A stretch of DNA of 64,000 nt from Candidatus Auribacterota bacterium (lineage in GTDB: Bacteria > Auribacterota > JAFGBW01 > JAFGJP01), in contig JAGLFH010000001.1 of assembly GCA_023144635.1 (NCBI GenBank), forward strand, positions 10,324 through 74,323. The letters are read 5' to 3'. The notes beneath the pieces were generated by a model. It did no database searches and was not told the DNA's origin. It saw nothing but the letters and a program-made list of their open reading frames with translations. Below, one piece after another: positions 49,803-60,056 of this stretch (its first letter is position 1; each line of letters begins with the position of its first letter). The translations under genes and the position numbers were made by a program.

Positions 49803-51308
49803 TTGAAGAGGTTTTGTTTAAAAAGTGTTTTTTTTGCTGTTTTGTTTATTGCAAGTATATTGTTATTTTTTCCGATGCCTGCCTTTTCGGCAAAAAAAAT
49901 TAGTTTCCTTCCGGGCGAAAGAATCGTGACTTTTAGGACAAAAGACGGTGTTAAAATAATAGGTTCTTTTTTTACACCTTCAAGCTATCTACCTGATTTT
50001 GGATTGCTTCCTTATCAGGTCTTTTATGAAAAGGGAGTGTGGAATGAGATAGAGAAGGATTTTTTGTCTATAGGGCATTATATGAATAAACAGAGGGTAT
50101 TCAAAATTAATATAACAGAGGGAGAATTTACTTATATAGAGAACCCTTCTGAATATATTGAAAAACTTGAAGAAGAACTTAGGCAAAAAAAGAAGGAAGA
50201 AGTAGAAAAAAAACAAAAAAAAATCCATAAGAAGACCAACAATATAAATAAAGATGTTTCCAGGAAAAATAACTGTATTGATTCAGTTTTTTTAAAGGAG
50301 AAAGAAACTTTAGAGGAAAGTGCTATAGATGATGTATTTAATCTTTATGGGCAGAACCAAAAAGCGTTAAGAATACTATCCTATGAGTGTAAAAAAATAC
50401 GTAAAAAGGAAATAATCCTTTTAAAAAAAATAGGTAAGACCTGTAAAACAGAAGGATCTAACAATAAAAAAGTGTCTTTTTCTGATAAAAAGAATTCAAA
50501 TATTAAAGATTCATGCTTTTTGTTTTTAAAAGGAAAAGGCAGAAAAGAAAAAAAATACCCTGCAGTTATTCTTTTACATATGTGGGAGAGAAACCGTCAT
50601 GAGTGGCATCCGCTTATACCGTATTTTCAAAATGCAGGTTTTGTCATTCTTACAATAGACCTTAGAGGGCATGGAGAAAGTATTTATAAAAAAGGTAGAA
50701 AATTAAAGCTTAAAAAATTTGTAACCCAGAATTACAAGAACATGATACAGGATGCTTTTGCAGCCTATAAATTTTTATTACAACAGGATATAGTCGATAC
50801 AAAAAATATTTCTGTAGTAGGTGCAAGCCTTGGAACAGTTATTTCCATAAAGCTTTGTGAAAAAGTAAATAAACTTAAATCTGATAATCCTATAAAATCA
50901 GTTGTTCTTATGTCTCCTTCAAAAAACTTCTTTGCTGTACGTGTTAATGACTCAATAAAAAAATGTGTTAAGACCCCATTCCTATTTATTATGGATAAAA
51001 AGGACCCGACTCCTGAAAAGAATGACATTTTTATTTCAGGACACTCGCTTTATCAAAGTTTTAATGGTATAAAACATGCGCTTATACTTGATGGCGTGGG
51101 GCATGGAACCGCAATGTTTAAAGGCAAAGATGTAATGAATATTATTATTGATTGGACAAAAAGATGTGTTGATAAAAATAAAAAAGAAAAGAGAAAAGGG
51201 ACGCAGATAAACGCAGATGTAAAGGATCAGAGGGGAAAAATAAAAAGAAGAAACATAGCCACCGAGCACACCGAGAGCACAGAGAAAAAAGAAGAACGCA
51301 AAAAGTAA
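49803..51308 (+). CDS. Secreted alpha/beta hydrolase with a large Lys/Glu-rich insertion
   Basis: Signal peptide, F.T.DGV.I.G, PAVILLHM, IDLRGHGES, GASLG nucleophile elbow and GHGT. Confidence 0.8.
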   Translation: MKRFCLKSVFFAVLFIASILLFFPMPAFSAKKISFLPGERIVTFRTKDGVKIIGSFFTPSSYLPDFGLLPYQVFYEKGVWNEIEKDFLSIGHYMNKQRVFKINITEGEFTYIENPSEYIEKLEEELRQKKKEEVEKKQKKIHKKTNNINKDVSRKNNCIDSVFLKEKETLEESAIDDVFNLYGQNQKALRILSYECKKIRKKEIILLKKIGKTCKTEGSNNKKVSFSDKKNSNIKDSCFLFLKGKGRKEKKYPAVILLHMWERNRHEWHPLIPYFQNAGFVILTIDLRGHGESIYKKGRKLKLKKFVTQNYKNMIQDAFAAYKFLLQQDIVDTKNISVVGASLGTVISIKLCEKVNKLKSDNPIKSVVLMSPSKNFFAVRVNDSIKKCVKTPFLFIMDKKDPTPEKNDIFISGHSLYQSFNGIKHALILDGVGHGTAMFKGKDVMNIIIDWTKRCVDKNKKEKRKGTQINADVKDQRGKIKRRNIATEHTESTEKKEERKK

Positions 51309-52198
51309 GTAGGAGCGGTGCTTGCCTCCGCCCGCTGTAAAAGACTCCAGACGCAAGCCCCAAGACTCAAGTGGAAAAGTCAAAAGCGAAAAAATAGCAA
51401 ATCCAAATTCCAAGTAAAAGCAGAAGAGTCGATTGTCCATAGACCATAGTCGGTCACAAGCAAAAGCCGGAAAAATAAAGCATAAAGCAAAAGCATTTAG
51501 CCATCCACCCCTATTGCAAATCCGCCAATCTTTTAGGAGGACATACTTTTTACAACGGTACGGGCAGGCCCGTACCCTACACACATTCTATTTATGTTTT
51601 ACAGCGGGCAGATTTGGAATCTGCCCCTACTACCTTTTATCTCTTTTTTCCTTCGTGTACACTGTGGTGGATTCCAAATCTACCCATGTAAAACGTCGTC
51701 ATCCCTGTGAAAACAGGGATCTAGGTAAAAAGTAAATTGTAATGGTTAAGATTTAATCTGACATTTCACAGTTACTTTTCCTTAACTCAATACTTCTTTT
51801 ATCTTTTACTTTCCGTGAACCATCCGTGTATTTCTGTGGCAAATTGCTTTTTTGTTTTTTTACAAGGGCGAAAGATTTTTTATTCCTACTACTTTTTTAC
51901 TTTTACACGGACAGGGGCAAGCCCTGTCCCTACACACATTCTATTTTCTTCTTTTTTCCTTCGTGTCCTTCGTGGTGAAATAGCTTTGCCAGTTGTCAGC
52001 TTTTAGCTATCAGCGGTTAGCTAGAACCTAAAACCCAGAATTTTTCTTTCTAATAATATATGTGCAAAGCACATTTAAATCCTGAGCGACCGAAGGAAGT
52101 CGAAGGACCTTAACTTTAGGCACTTTAAATACTTTAGCGCATTTTAGGCATTTCTTTTCTTTCCTTAGCGTTTCTTCGCGGCTAAATAGCTTTTTCAT
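51190..52198. repeat. Large intergenic mosaic of REP-like hairpins and tiles
   Basis: GTAG hairpins (51309 on +; about 51550, 51600, 51870 and 51905 on -), GTCATCCCTGTGAAAACAGGGATC, CACAGAG/CGCAGAT tiles, heptamer runs. Confidence 0.78.
51999..52156 (+). repeat. Left arm of long inverted repeat (pairs with 54770-54893)
   Basis: About 124 bp identical to the reverse complement of 54770-54893 except 3 mismatches and a 34-bp insert at 52074-52107. Confidence 0.9.
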
Positions 52199-52753
52199 TT
52201 AATATTTTTCAAAACTGCTGATCTCGCTTATTTCTTTTCTTATTTTTTGTTTATCTGAATCATTTTTTGCATATCCCATGGCAATAAGGCATGTGATGCG
52301 CTTTTTTTTAGGAACACCAAGTACTTTTTTAAGCTTACTTTCATTGAACCATCCTACCCAGCATGTGCTTATGCCTAGTTCAGTAGCTGCAAGCACAAAA
52401 TGTTCGCCTGCAATTCCGGAATCTAATAAAGAATAATCAATTTTTCTTATAAAAGCGCCTGTTCGTGCGGTCAATTTCATCTTTTCATTTACGATCGCAA
52501 CAATTACAGGTGCTGTACGAATAAATGCGTTTATTCCTGATCTATCTGTATAAATTCCAGATAATATTGCTTCCACTACTTTTTCTTTATTTTGCTGATC
52601 TGTAACAATAACAAATTTCCATGGCTGAGAATTACATGCTGAAGGAGCAAGGCGTGCTGCTTCAATACATGTTTCAATATTTTCTTTAGGAATATCCTTT
52701 TTTAAAAAAGATCGCGTACTTTTTCTTCTTTTAACAAGATCTAAAAAATCCAT
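52199..52753 (-). CDS. Nitroreductase family protein
   Basis: RKSTRSF, AARLAPSACNSQPW.F and LAATELGISTCWVG. Confidence 0.94.
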   Translation of the reverse strand: MDFLDLVKRRKSTRSFLKKDIPKENIETCIEAARLAPSACNSQPWKFVIVTDQQNKEKVVEAILSGIYTDRSGINAFIRTAPVIVAIVNEKMKLTARTGAFIRKIDYSLLDSGIAGEHFVLAATELGISTCWVGWFNESKLKKVLGVPKKKRITCLIAMGYAKNDSDKQKIRKEISEISSFEKY

Positions 52754-52863
52754 TATTTTTTCCTTTTGAAATTTCTTTTTAGTCTACAGTTAATATTTTC
52801 TCTTTATTTATGTAACTTACTTATTTATAATATATTAAATTTTAATATCAAAAAATATATTTT

Positions 52864-54351
52864 ATGACAGATCATGTTAAACTAAAAAAAGACCTTTCGT
52901 GGTGGGATTGTTCGGGTATTATTGTTGGAATAATACTGGGAACAGGTATTTTTAGTGCATTTCCAGGATTGATTGCAAAGTACAATACTTCTACATTCAT
53001 AATACTTCTTGCATGGGTGGCAGGAGGTATTTTTGCATGGTTCGGTGCTATGTGCTATGCTGAGCTTTCCTCACTTTTTCCTCATGCAGGAGGAGATTAT
53101 ACTTTTCTTCATAAAGCGTATTCCTTAAAAGGGGAAAATGTTGTTTCATTTTTATTCGGCTGGTCTCAGATATTTGTAATTCGTCCTGCTTCAATTGTAA
53201 TTTTAGCGCTCATTTTTGGTCGTGAACTGCAAAATATACTTCCGGCCCAAATGGTTAGTGCAATGTGGTTTCCGTCTTTTTTCTTTGCTTTGGCACTACT
53301 TGCAGGAGTAACATTTATAAATATATTGGGAATTAGTGCAGGTAAATTTACCCAGAACACAATAACTATCATAAAAATACTTATTATTGTCTTTTTAATT
53401 GTTTATGGACTCATAAAAGCTCAAGGTGTTGAAACAAATTTTGCGCCTATGTTTCTTCCTGAAGGAAAGACTTTTTGGCAGATGATACCCGGGTTTTTCA
53501 GCGCGATAGTCCTTGTAATGTGGGTATATGGCGGGTGGAATGAAGCTGCTTATATTGCAGAAGAAGTAAAGAACCCTCATCATGATATACCAAAAGCACT
53601 TTTTATGGGCATATTTGGTGTTGCTATACTTTATATAGGTTTAAACTATATCTTTTTACTGCACTTTTCTCCGAGTGGACTTGCAAATACGTATACTCCT
53701 TCATCTGATCTTATGTCTGCATGGTTTTCGTCAAGAGGGCGTGTTATTATGTCATCTATAGTAATGATCTCTGCTGCAGGAGCAGTGAACGGGCTTGTTA
53801 TGACAGGAGGAAGGATGAGCTATGGAATAGCTAAGCATTCACCTAGCTTAAAATATTTTTCTAAACTGCACCCAAAATTTAAAACTCCGGTAAAACCGCT
53901 TCTTGCAAATTTTTTAATCACTGCAGTTGTGTTGATATCAAGCAGGGGAGATATATCTTCTATTGAAAATCTCACTTTTTATACTGCAGGCGTTTACTGG
54001 TATTTCTTTGCTCTTGTTGTTATAAGTCTTATTATTTTCCGGGTTAAAATAAAAGAAGCAGATATCCCGTTTAAAGTACCTCTTTATCCTTTTGCTCCTA
54101 TAGTATTTTTATTTGTTTCCGGTGTTCTTATCTGGGGAGCTTTTGACTACAAACCTTTTGAAACTCTTATAGGTATAAGTATTCTGACTATTGGAATACC
54201 GATTTATTATCTTATTAATTTTAATAAACCTGATAATACTCTTCACTTGGGTCCAAAGGATGATAGAAGGATAAATACTGATGACAGACGTCAGAATAAA
54301 GAAGAGAGAAGAAAATCTGATCTTGGCAGACAGTCTTCAGAAGAAATTTAA
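52864..54351 (+). CDS. APC-family amino acid permease
   Basis: GIILGTGIF, CYAEL...P.AGG.Y, WVYGGWN...AEEVKNP and PFKVPLYP. Confidence 0.94.
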   Translation: MTDHVKLKKDLSWWDCSGIIVGIILGTGIFSAFPGLIAKYNTSTFIILLAWVAGGIFAWFGAMCYAELSSLFPHAGGDYTFLHKAYSLKGENVVSFLFGWSQIFVIRPASIVILALIFGRELQNILPAQMVSAMWFPSFFFALALLAGVTFINILGISAGKFTQNTITIIKILIIVFLIVYGLIKAQGVETNFAPMFLPEGKTFWQMIPGFFSAIVLVMWVYGGWNEAAYIAEEVKNPHHDIPKALFMGIFGVAILYIGLNYIFLLHFSPSGLANTYTPSSDLMSAWFSSRGRVIMSSIVMISAAGAVNGLVMTGGRMSYGIAKHSPSLKYFSKLHPKFKTPVKPLLANFLITAVVLISSRGDISSIENLTFYTAGVYWYFFALVVISLIIFRVKIKEADIPFKVPLYPFAPIVFLFVSGVLIWGAFDYKPFETLIGISILTIGIPIYYLINFNKPDNTLHLGPKDDRRINTDDRRQNKEERRKSDLGRQSSEEI

Positions 54352-54354
54352 AGT

Positions 54355-54729
54355 TTATTCTTTTGTTATCTCAATACCTCTTAAGTTTTTATCCTTAATA
54401 ATGAAAAAATATAGCAAAAGACCAGCTATTCCCATCAAAAATGATAATATTTCTGAATAACCTGCATTAATGGAAAGTTTGATAAGTAAAATAAATATCA
54501 ATATTGGAAGCAGAAATAAAAGAAAAGCAATTAAAATCCCTCTTCCTTCGCTATAATTAATCTTTACCATGTCTCCTTTGCAAGCATCAGTATTTGCATT
54601 AACAGTAATGGTGCAATTATTTTTTTTGTTCCCTAAAAAACAAAGACCGCATTTTGAACAATTATCACTGCCTTTAATTATTTTCAATTTTATGATGGAT
54701 CCGTTTTTTTGTAAAATTTCTGCATTCAT
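54355..54729 (-). CDS. RseC/MucC-family membrane protein
   Basis: CSKCGLC, GD.V.I and two C-terminal TM helices (AFLLFLLP). Confidence 0.75.
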   Translation of the reverse strand: MNAEILQKNGSIIKLKIIKGSDNCSKCGLCFLGNKKNNCTITVNANTDACKGDMVKINYSEGRGILIAFLLFLLPILIFILLIKLSINAGYSEILSFLMGIAGLLLYFFIIKDKNLRGIEITKE

Positions 54730-54769
54730 GGTTTGATTTTAGAAGGTAGAAACCGAGAAGTAAAGAAGT

Positions 54770-55290
54770 AAGAAATGCCTAAAGTGCGCTAAAGTATTTA
54801 AAGTGCCTAAAGTTAAGGTGTGCTTTGCACATATATTATTAGAAAGAAAAGTTCTGGGTTTTAGGTTCTAGCTAACCGCTGATAGCTGAAAGCAGAAAAA
54901 AGCAAAAGCAATTTTGCCACAGAGAACACAGAGATCACAGAGTCATGAACCACGTGGGTTTCATGATGAACGTAAAACGTAAAATATAGTAGGGGCGCCG
55001 CTTGACTGCGCCCGTGTAAAAAAAGAAAAAACAATTAACCACGAAGAGCACGAAGGAACACGAAGAAAAGCAAAAAAGTAAAAGTAGTAGGGACAGGGCT
55101 TGTCCCTGTCCGCTGTAAAAGATAAAAGAGAAAAACGTAAGTAGGGACAGGTCTCTGTGTCTGTCCGTGTAAAACACGTTGTCATTCCTGCGCAGGCAGG
55201 AATCTCAGGGAAAAGAAACTCTGTAACTTTAATATGGGTACAGGTTTTTCATATCATCGACCATTGACTATCGTCCATCGACTATTTACT
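54770..55290. repeat. Right arm of long inverted repeat (54770-54893) plus REP-like tile array
   Basis: Inverted copy of 51999-52156; GTAG hairpins at about 54989, 55087 and 55141; GTCATTCCTGCGCAGGCAGGAATC. Confidence 0.82.
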
Positions 55291-55326
55291 ATAGATTTTG
55301 AATTATTAAGGTAGGGATTTTAAAAA

Positions 55327-56691
55327 ATGAAAAATAAGAGTATTTTATCTGTTGTTCCATGGATATATGATTTTGCTGCTTATGATCTTTGGATGCAGCC
55401 TTTAGGTCTTCTAAGGTTATCAACACAATTAAAAAATCTCGGGTTTCAGGTTGATCTTATTAATTGTCTTGATAGGTATGATTATGATCTTTTAAAAAGA
55501 TTGAATAGAGAAAAGCCAAAGAATGAGCAAAAGTATGGATGCGGAAAATTTTATAAAGAACGAGTTGAAAAACCGCAAATTTTAAAAGATATTCCACTCT
55601 ATTATAATCGTTACGGACTTCCTGTTGATATTTTTGAAAAAAAATTAGATAAATTCAGCAGACCTCCTGACGTTATCCTTGTATCTCAAGTAATGACTTA
55701 CTGGTATCCCGGCACCCAGCTGGCAATAAAGATACTTCGCAAGAGATTTCCGTCATCAATTATTATGCTTGGGGGCATATACCCTATACTTATGCCGGAA
55801 CATGCGATAAAAACATCAGGCGCAGACCAAATAGTTTCTTTTTCAGGTTTTAATAGAGTTTTTGACCATATTCTAAAAGTTCTGGGGGTTCGTAACATTA
55901 AAACAGGAAAAGATACTTTTGAGAATATAACAAGAATAGATTATTCCTTTTTAACTGACAAAAGAACAGCTGTTATTGAAACTTCAAAAGGATGCCCCCA
56001 AAAGTGCCGTTATTGCTCACAGCATATTATCAATAAAGAGCAGTTCCGGCTTGGATCGATAAAAGTTGTTAATGATATTGAGTATTATAAAAATAAATAT
56101 TCTTCTAAGTATGTTGTCTTCTATGATGATGCTGTAGCATATAAAAAAGAGAAATATTTGATTCCTATACTAAAAGGAGTAAAAAAGTTATTGCTCAAAG
56201 ATATTTCTTTTCATCTGCCAAACGGTATTAATGTGAGTGAAATAAATGAAGAACTGGCCGTATTGCTAAAAGAATGTAACTTTAAAACATTACGGCTTAG
56301 TTTGGAATCATCTTTACCCTCACGTCAGCTTGAGACGGGCGGCAAAGTTACTAATAAAGATTTTAAAGAAGCTGTAAGAAATCTTATTTATGCAGGATTT
56401 AAACCCAAAGAGATAGAGGTATATATGATGATGGGGCTTCCCGGTCAGAGTGTTGAAGAAATAAAGGATGGTATTAACTACGTATTTGACAGTGGTGCAG
56501 TGCCGGTTCTTACATCTTATTCCCCGACCCCTGGATCATATTATTATGAGAAGTTTTTTAAGGAAAAACTTAAAGATCCTCTGATGCATAACAGTACGAT
56601 ATTTTCTCTTAATACAGAAGGCATTGATGAGGAAATGATAAAAGATCTTCGCAAAAACGTTAAGGAAAAAAAGACAGCGCTTTATAATTAA
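55327..56691 (+). CDS. B12-binding-domain radical SAM protein
   Basis: DFAAYDLW..PLGL, MTYWYPG, LGGIY, TSKGCPQKCRYC and FYDD. Confidence 0.88.
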   Translation: MKNKSILSVVPWIYDFAAYDLWMQPLGLLRLSTQLKNLGFQVDLINCLDRYDYDLLKRLNREKPKNEQKYGCGKFYKERVEKPQILKDIPLYYNRYGLPVDIFEKKLDKFSRPPDVILVSQVMTYWYPGTQLAIKILRKRFPSSIIMLGGIYPILMPEHAIKTSGADQIVSFSGFNRVFDHILKVLGVRNIKTGKDTFENITRIDYSFLTDKRTAVIETSKGCPQKCRYCSQHIINKEQFRLGSIKVVNDIEYYKNKYSSKYVVFYDDAVAYKKEKYLIPILKGVKKLLLKDISFHLPNGINVSEINEELAVLLKECNFKTLRLSLESSLPSRQLETGGKVTNKDFKEAVRNLIYAGFKPKEIEVYMMMGLPGQSVEEIKDGINYVFDSGAVPVLTSYSPTPGSYYYEKFFKEKLKDPLMHNSTIFSLNTEGIDEEMIKDLRKNVKEKKTALYN

Positions 56692-56860
56692 GATTTTGAG
56701 TATAAAAATCAGTTGAAATGTTAAGAAAAATTAATAAAAATAGTCTTGCTTTGCTGTAATCGTTATGGTTAAATCCTACTTCAATTTATTTGAATATAAA
56801 TAAAGTTTTTAATTGTTTAAATAAGAAATAATTTCTTTTATAAGAGATAAAATATTAATA

Positions 56861-57973
56861 ATGGCCAATTCAGCAAGAATCAAAAAAGTTATAATTCTTA
56901 TTATCCTGCTTTATTTTTTCCTTTGTGGAATCTCACTTATGGGAAAAAGTCTAAAGCTTTTTGGAAAAGGTTTTTCTGAAAACCTGATCTCAACAACATC
57001 AAATCCAGCTATAGGGCTGTTAATAGGTCTTCTTGCTACTGCTATTATTCAGAGCAGTTCTACCACTACTTCTATTGTTGTAGGTTTTGTAGCAAGCGGC
57101 GTTATGGATATCAGCGCAGCTGTTCCTATTATAATGGGGGCAAACATCGGCACTACCGTTACGAGCTTTCTTGTGTCATTTTTATGTATTACCAGAAAGG
57201 ATGAATTTGAAAGGGCTGTAGCAGGCGCTACAGTTCATGATTTTTTTAATATTTTAGCTGTTATAATTTTGTTTCCTTTAGAAATGAGTACGCATTTTTT
57301 AGAAAAAACAGCCAGATTTATCACCGGATATGTGAATGTATTTGGTGAAGGAATAGCTTTTAAAAGTCCTGTAAAAATAGTTGTGAAGCCTTTTATTGAG
57401 TTTCTTTTAGATATGAATGATAAGATCTTTACAGATCATGTTGCTGGTAAGATCATTCTTCTTATCTTATCTATTTTAATGATATTTTTTGCACTTTTTT
57501 TTCTGGTCAAAATAATGAAAACACTCATACTTTCCAAAACAGAAATGGTTTTTCATAATATTGTTGGAAAAAATGCTCTATTAGGTATTTTTATGGGTAT
57601 GATTTTTACTGTACTTGTTCAGTCAAGTTCTGTTACAACTGCTATTTTAGTTCCTCTTATTGCTGCAAGGATGATAAAGCTCGAAGATGCGTTTCCTCTT
57701 ACGCTTGGGGCTAATATTGGCACTACAATAACTGCGATGCTTGCATCTCTTTCAGGAGAGACCATAAATGGTTTTACAATAGCTCTTGTACATCTGCTTT
57801 TTAATATTTCAGGTATTATAATTATATATCCTTTAAAAATAACAAGAAATGTACCTCTTTTTCTTGCAAGAAAAATGGGGGCTTTAGCTCTGAGGTCAAA
57901 ATTGTATCCGCTTGCTTTTCTAGTATGTGTGTACTTTTTGATCCCCGGACTGCTTATATTTTTATTCAAGTAA
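56861..57973 (+). CDS. Na/Pi cotransporter (NptA/SLC34-like), copy 1
   Basis: Two QSSS plus GANIGTT repeats. Confidence 0.93.
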   Translation: MANSARIKKVIILIILLYFFLCGISLMGKSLKLFGKGFSENLISTTSNPAIGLLIGLLATAIIQSSSTTTSIVVGFVASGVMDISAAVPIIMGANIGTTVTSFLVSFLCITRKDEFERAVAGATVHDFFNILAVIILFPLEMSTHFLEKTARFITGYVNVFGEGIAFKSPVKIVVKPFIEFLLDMNDKIFTDHVAGKIILLILSILMIFFALFFLVKIMKTLILSKTEMVFHNIVGKNALLGIFMGMIFTVLVQSSSVTTAILVPLIAARMIKLEDAFPLTLGANIGTTITAMLASLSGETINGFTIALVHLLFNISGIIIIYPLKITRNVPLFLARKMGALALRSKLYPLAFLVCVYFLIPGLLIFLFK

Positions 57974-57996
57974 GTTTGATAAAGAAGGAGTAAGAA

Positions 57997-58680
57997 ATGT
58001 TTGATAATTTATTAGATTTTTGGAAAGGGAAGGATTTTTTAAGTGAAGTCCTGAAAGAATTTGAGTCAATGCTTGATACTGCTCATATGATATATGATAC
58101 AGCTGTAAACTCACTGTTAGATTTTAAAAAAGATGATAGTTCAAAACAGATGATATATTCTAATGATAGAAAAGTAAATGAAGCAGAAAAAGACATCCGC
58201 CGCCGCGTTATAGAGCATCTTGCGATCAATCCTTCCGTAGATGTACCTACATGTCTTGTCCTTATGAGCGTTGTTAAGGATGTTGAGCGGATAGGTGACT
58301 ATGGAAAAAACCTTTATGAAGCAGCTGAACTTCTTCAAAATCCATTAACCGATGACTTGAAGAAAAAGTATTTAAGTGATCTTGTTCAAAAACTTAATGA
58401 ACAATTTAATTTTGCGAAGCAGGCCTTTCTGAATTCGGATAAATCAAAAGCTAAAGAAGTTATGAGTCTTGAAGGGTATATTATTCCTAATGCAGATAAA
58501 TTTATAAAGGAACTTTCTAATTCAGATTTTGATACAAATACGTCTGTTTGTCTTGTGCTAAGTGTCCGTTATCTTAAAAGGATCGCTGCACATCTTGCCA
58601 ATACAGCATCATCTGTTATCATGCCTGTAAGCGACATTGATTTTTATTACAAAAATAAGGATAAAAAAGATCAAAACTGA
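57997..58680 (+). CDS. PhoU-domain protein, copy 1
   Basis: D..VN..E..IRR, KDVERIGDY.KN and RYLKRI..H..N. Confidence 0.85.
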   Translation: MFDNLLDFWKGKDFLSEVLKEFESMLDTAHMIYDTAVNSLLDFKKDDSSKQMIYSNDRKVNEAEKDIRRRVIEHLAINPSVDVPTCLVLMSVVKDVERIGDYGKNLYEAAELLQNPLTDDLKKKYLSDLVQKLNEQFNFAKQAFLNSDKSKAKEVMSLEGYIIPNADKFIKELSNSDFDTNTSVCLVLSVRYLKRIAAHLANTASSVIMPVSDIDFYYKNKDKKDQN

Positions 58681-58894
58681 TTTTTATTTGTTATTAATAG
58701 ATAAATATTCGTTTACCTAACCGGGTTTTAAAATTACTTAATATTTCAAAGCTCTGCGAAAAATACGGGCTAACTTGTTCTATTGTAGAAAAAGAATCTT
58801 GATTTAAAGTGATTCAATTGTTTAAAATAGTGCGATCTTCTGGTTTTATGGTTTTTTAGAAAATTTATTTAATTCTTTTATCAAACGGGAAAAC

Positions 58895-60022
58895 ATGGAA
58901 TTATCGCATTCATCAAAAAAAGACAAACTCAAAAAAGTAATTTTTATTTTTGTTCTTCTTTATTTGTTTCTATTAAGTATTTCTCTAATGGGAACCACCC
59001 TGAAGCTTTTTGGGAGAGGTTTTTCAGAAAACCTGATCTCAACAACGTCAAACCCTGCTGTAGGGCTTTTGATAGGTCTTCTTGCTACAGCGGTAGTTCA
59101 GAGTAGTTCTACTACAACATCGATCATTGTAGGTTTTGTAGCAAGCGGTGTGCTTGACATAAGAATAGCTATTCCTATAGTTATGGGTGCAAATATGGGA
59201 ACGACGGTCACGAGTTTTCTTGTTTCATTTTTCAGCATAACCCGAAAGGAAGAGTTTGAACGCGCAGTTTCTGTTGCTGCGATACACGATTTTTTTAAGG
59301 TTCTGGTAGTGATCGTTCTCTTTCCTCTTGAAATGTGGACACATTTTTTAGAAAGAACAGCAAAATATATTACAAGCTCAATAACCTTTTTTGGAACAGA
59401 TGCAACATTTAAAAGTCCGGTCAAGTTAATAGTAAAACCATGTGTTGATTTTATGTGTAATTTAAACGAAACAATTTTTGGTGAGCATGTTGCAGGTAAG
59501 GTGATCCTTCTTCTTATTTCACTTTCTATTGTTTTTCTTTCACTTTTTTTTCTTGTAAAAGTAATGAAATCGCTTGTCCTTCAAAAAACAGAAGTAGTTT
59601 TCCATAATATTGTAGGGAAACACGTACTTCTTGGCATGTTTATATGGATGGCTTTTACTGCACTCATCCAATCAAGCTCAGTATCCGTCTCTATTCTTGT
59701 GCCTCTTGTTGCAGCAGGTATCATTACGCTTGATGAAGCTTTTCCTTTAACATTAGGCGCAGATGTGGGTACAACAATAACAGCAATATTGGCTTCTCTT
59801 TCAGGTGACTCTGTGGGGGGGCTTACGATCGCTATTGTGCATCTTCTTTTTAATGTTACGGGAATACTGCTCATTTACCCATGTAAGTATACAAGAGCGG
59901 TCCCGCTATACCTTGCAAGAAAAATGGGAAAACTGGCGGCACGCTCAAGAATGTATCCAATAGGATTTATAATATGTGTTTATTTTGTACTACCGGGAAT
60001 ATTAATATTTATTTTTAAATAA
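58895..60022 (+). CDS. Na/Pi cotransporter (NptA/SLC34-like), copy 2
   Basis: QSSS/GANMGTT and QSSS/GADVGTT; paralog of 56861-57973. Confidence 0.92.
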   Translation: MELSHSSKKDKLKKVIFIFVLLYLFLLSISLMGTTLKLFGRGFSENLISTTSNPAVGLLIGLLATAVVQSSSTTTSIIVGFVASGVLDIRIAIPIVMGANMGTTVTSFLVSFFSITRKEEFERAVSVAAIHDFFKVLVVIVLFPLEMWTHFLERTAKYITSSITFFGTDATFKSPVKLIVKPCVDFMCNLNETIFGEHVAGKVILLLISLSIVFLSLFFLVKVMKSLVLQKTEVVFHNIVGKHVLLGMFIWMAFTALIQSSSVSVSILVPLVAAGIITLDEAFPLTLGADVGTTITAILASLSGDSVGGLTIAIVHLLFNVTGILLIYPCKYTRAVPLYLARKMGKLAARSRMYPIGFIICVYFVLPGILIFIFK

Positions 60023-60056
60023 AAAGTATGATTAGATGATAAAAGGGGTGATAATC

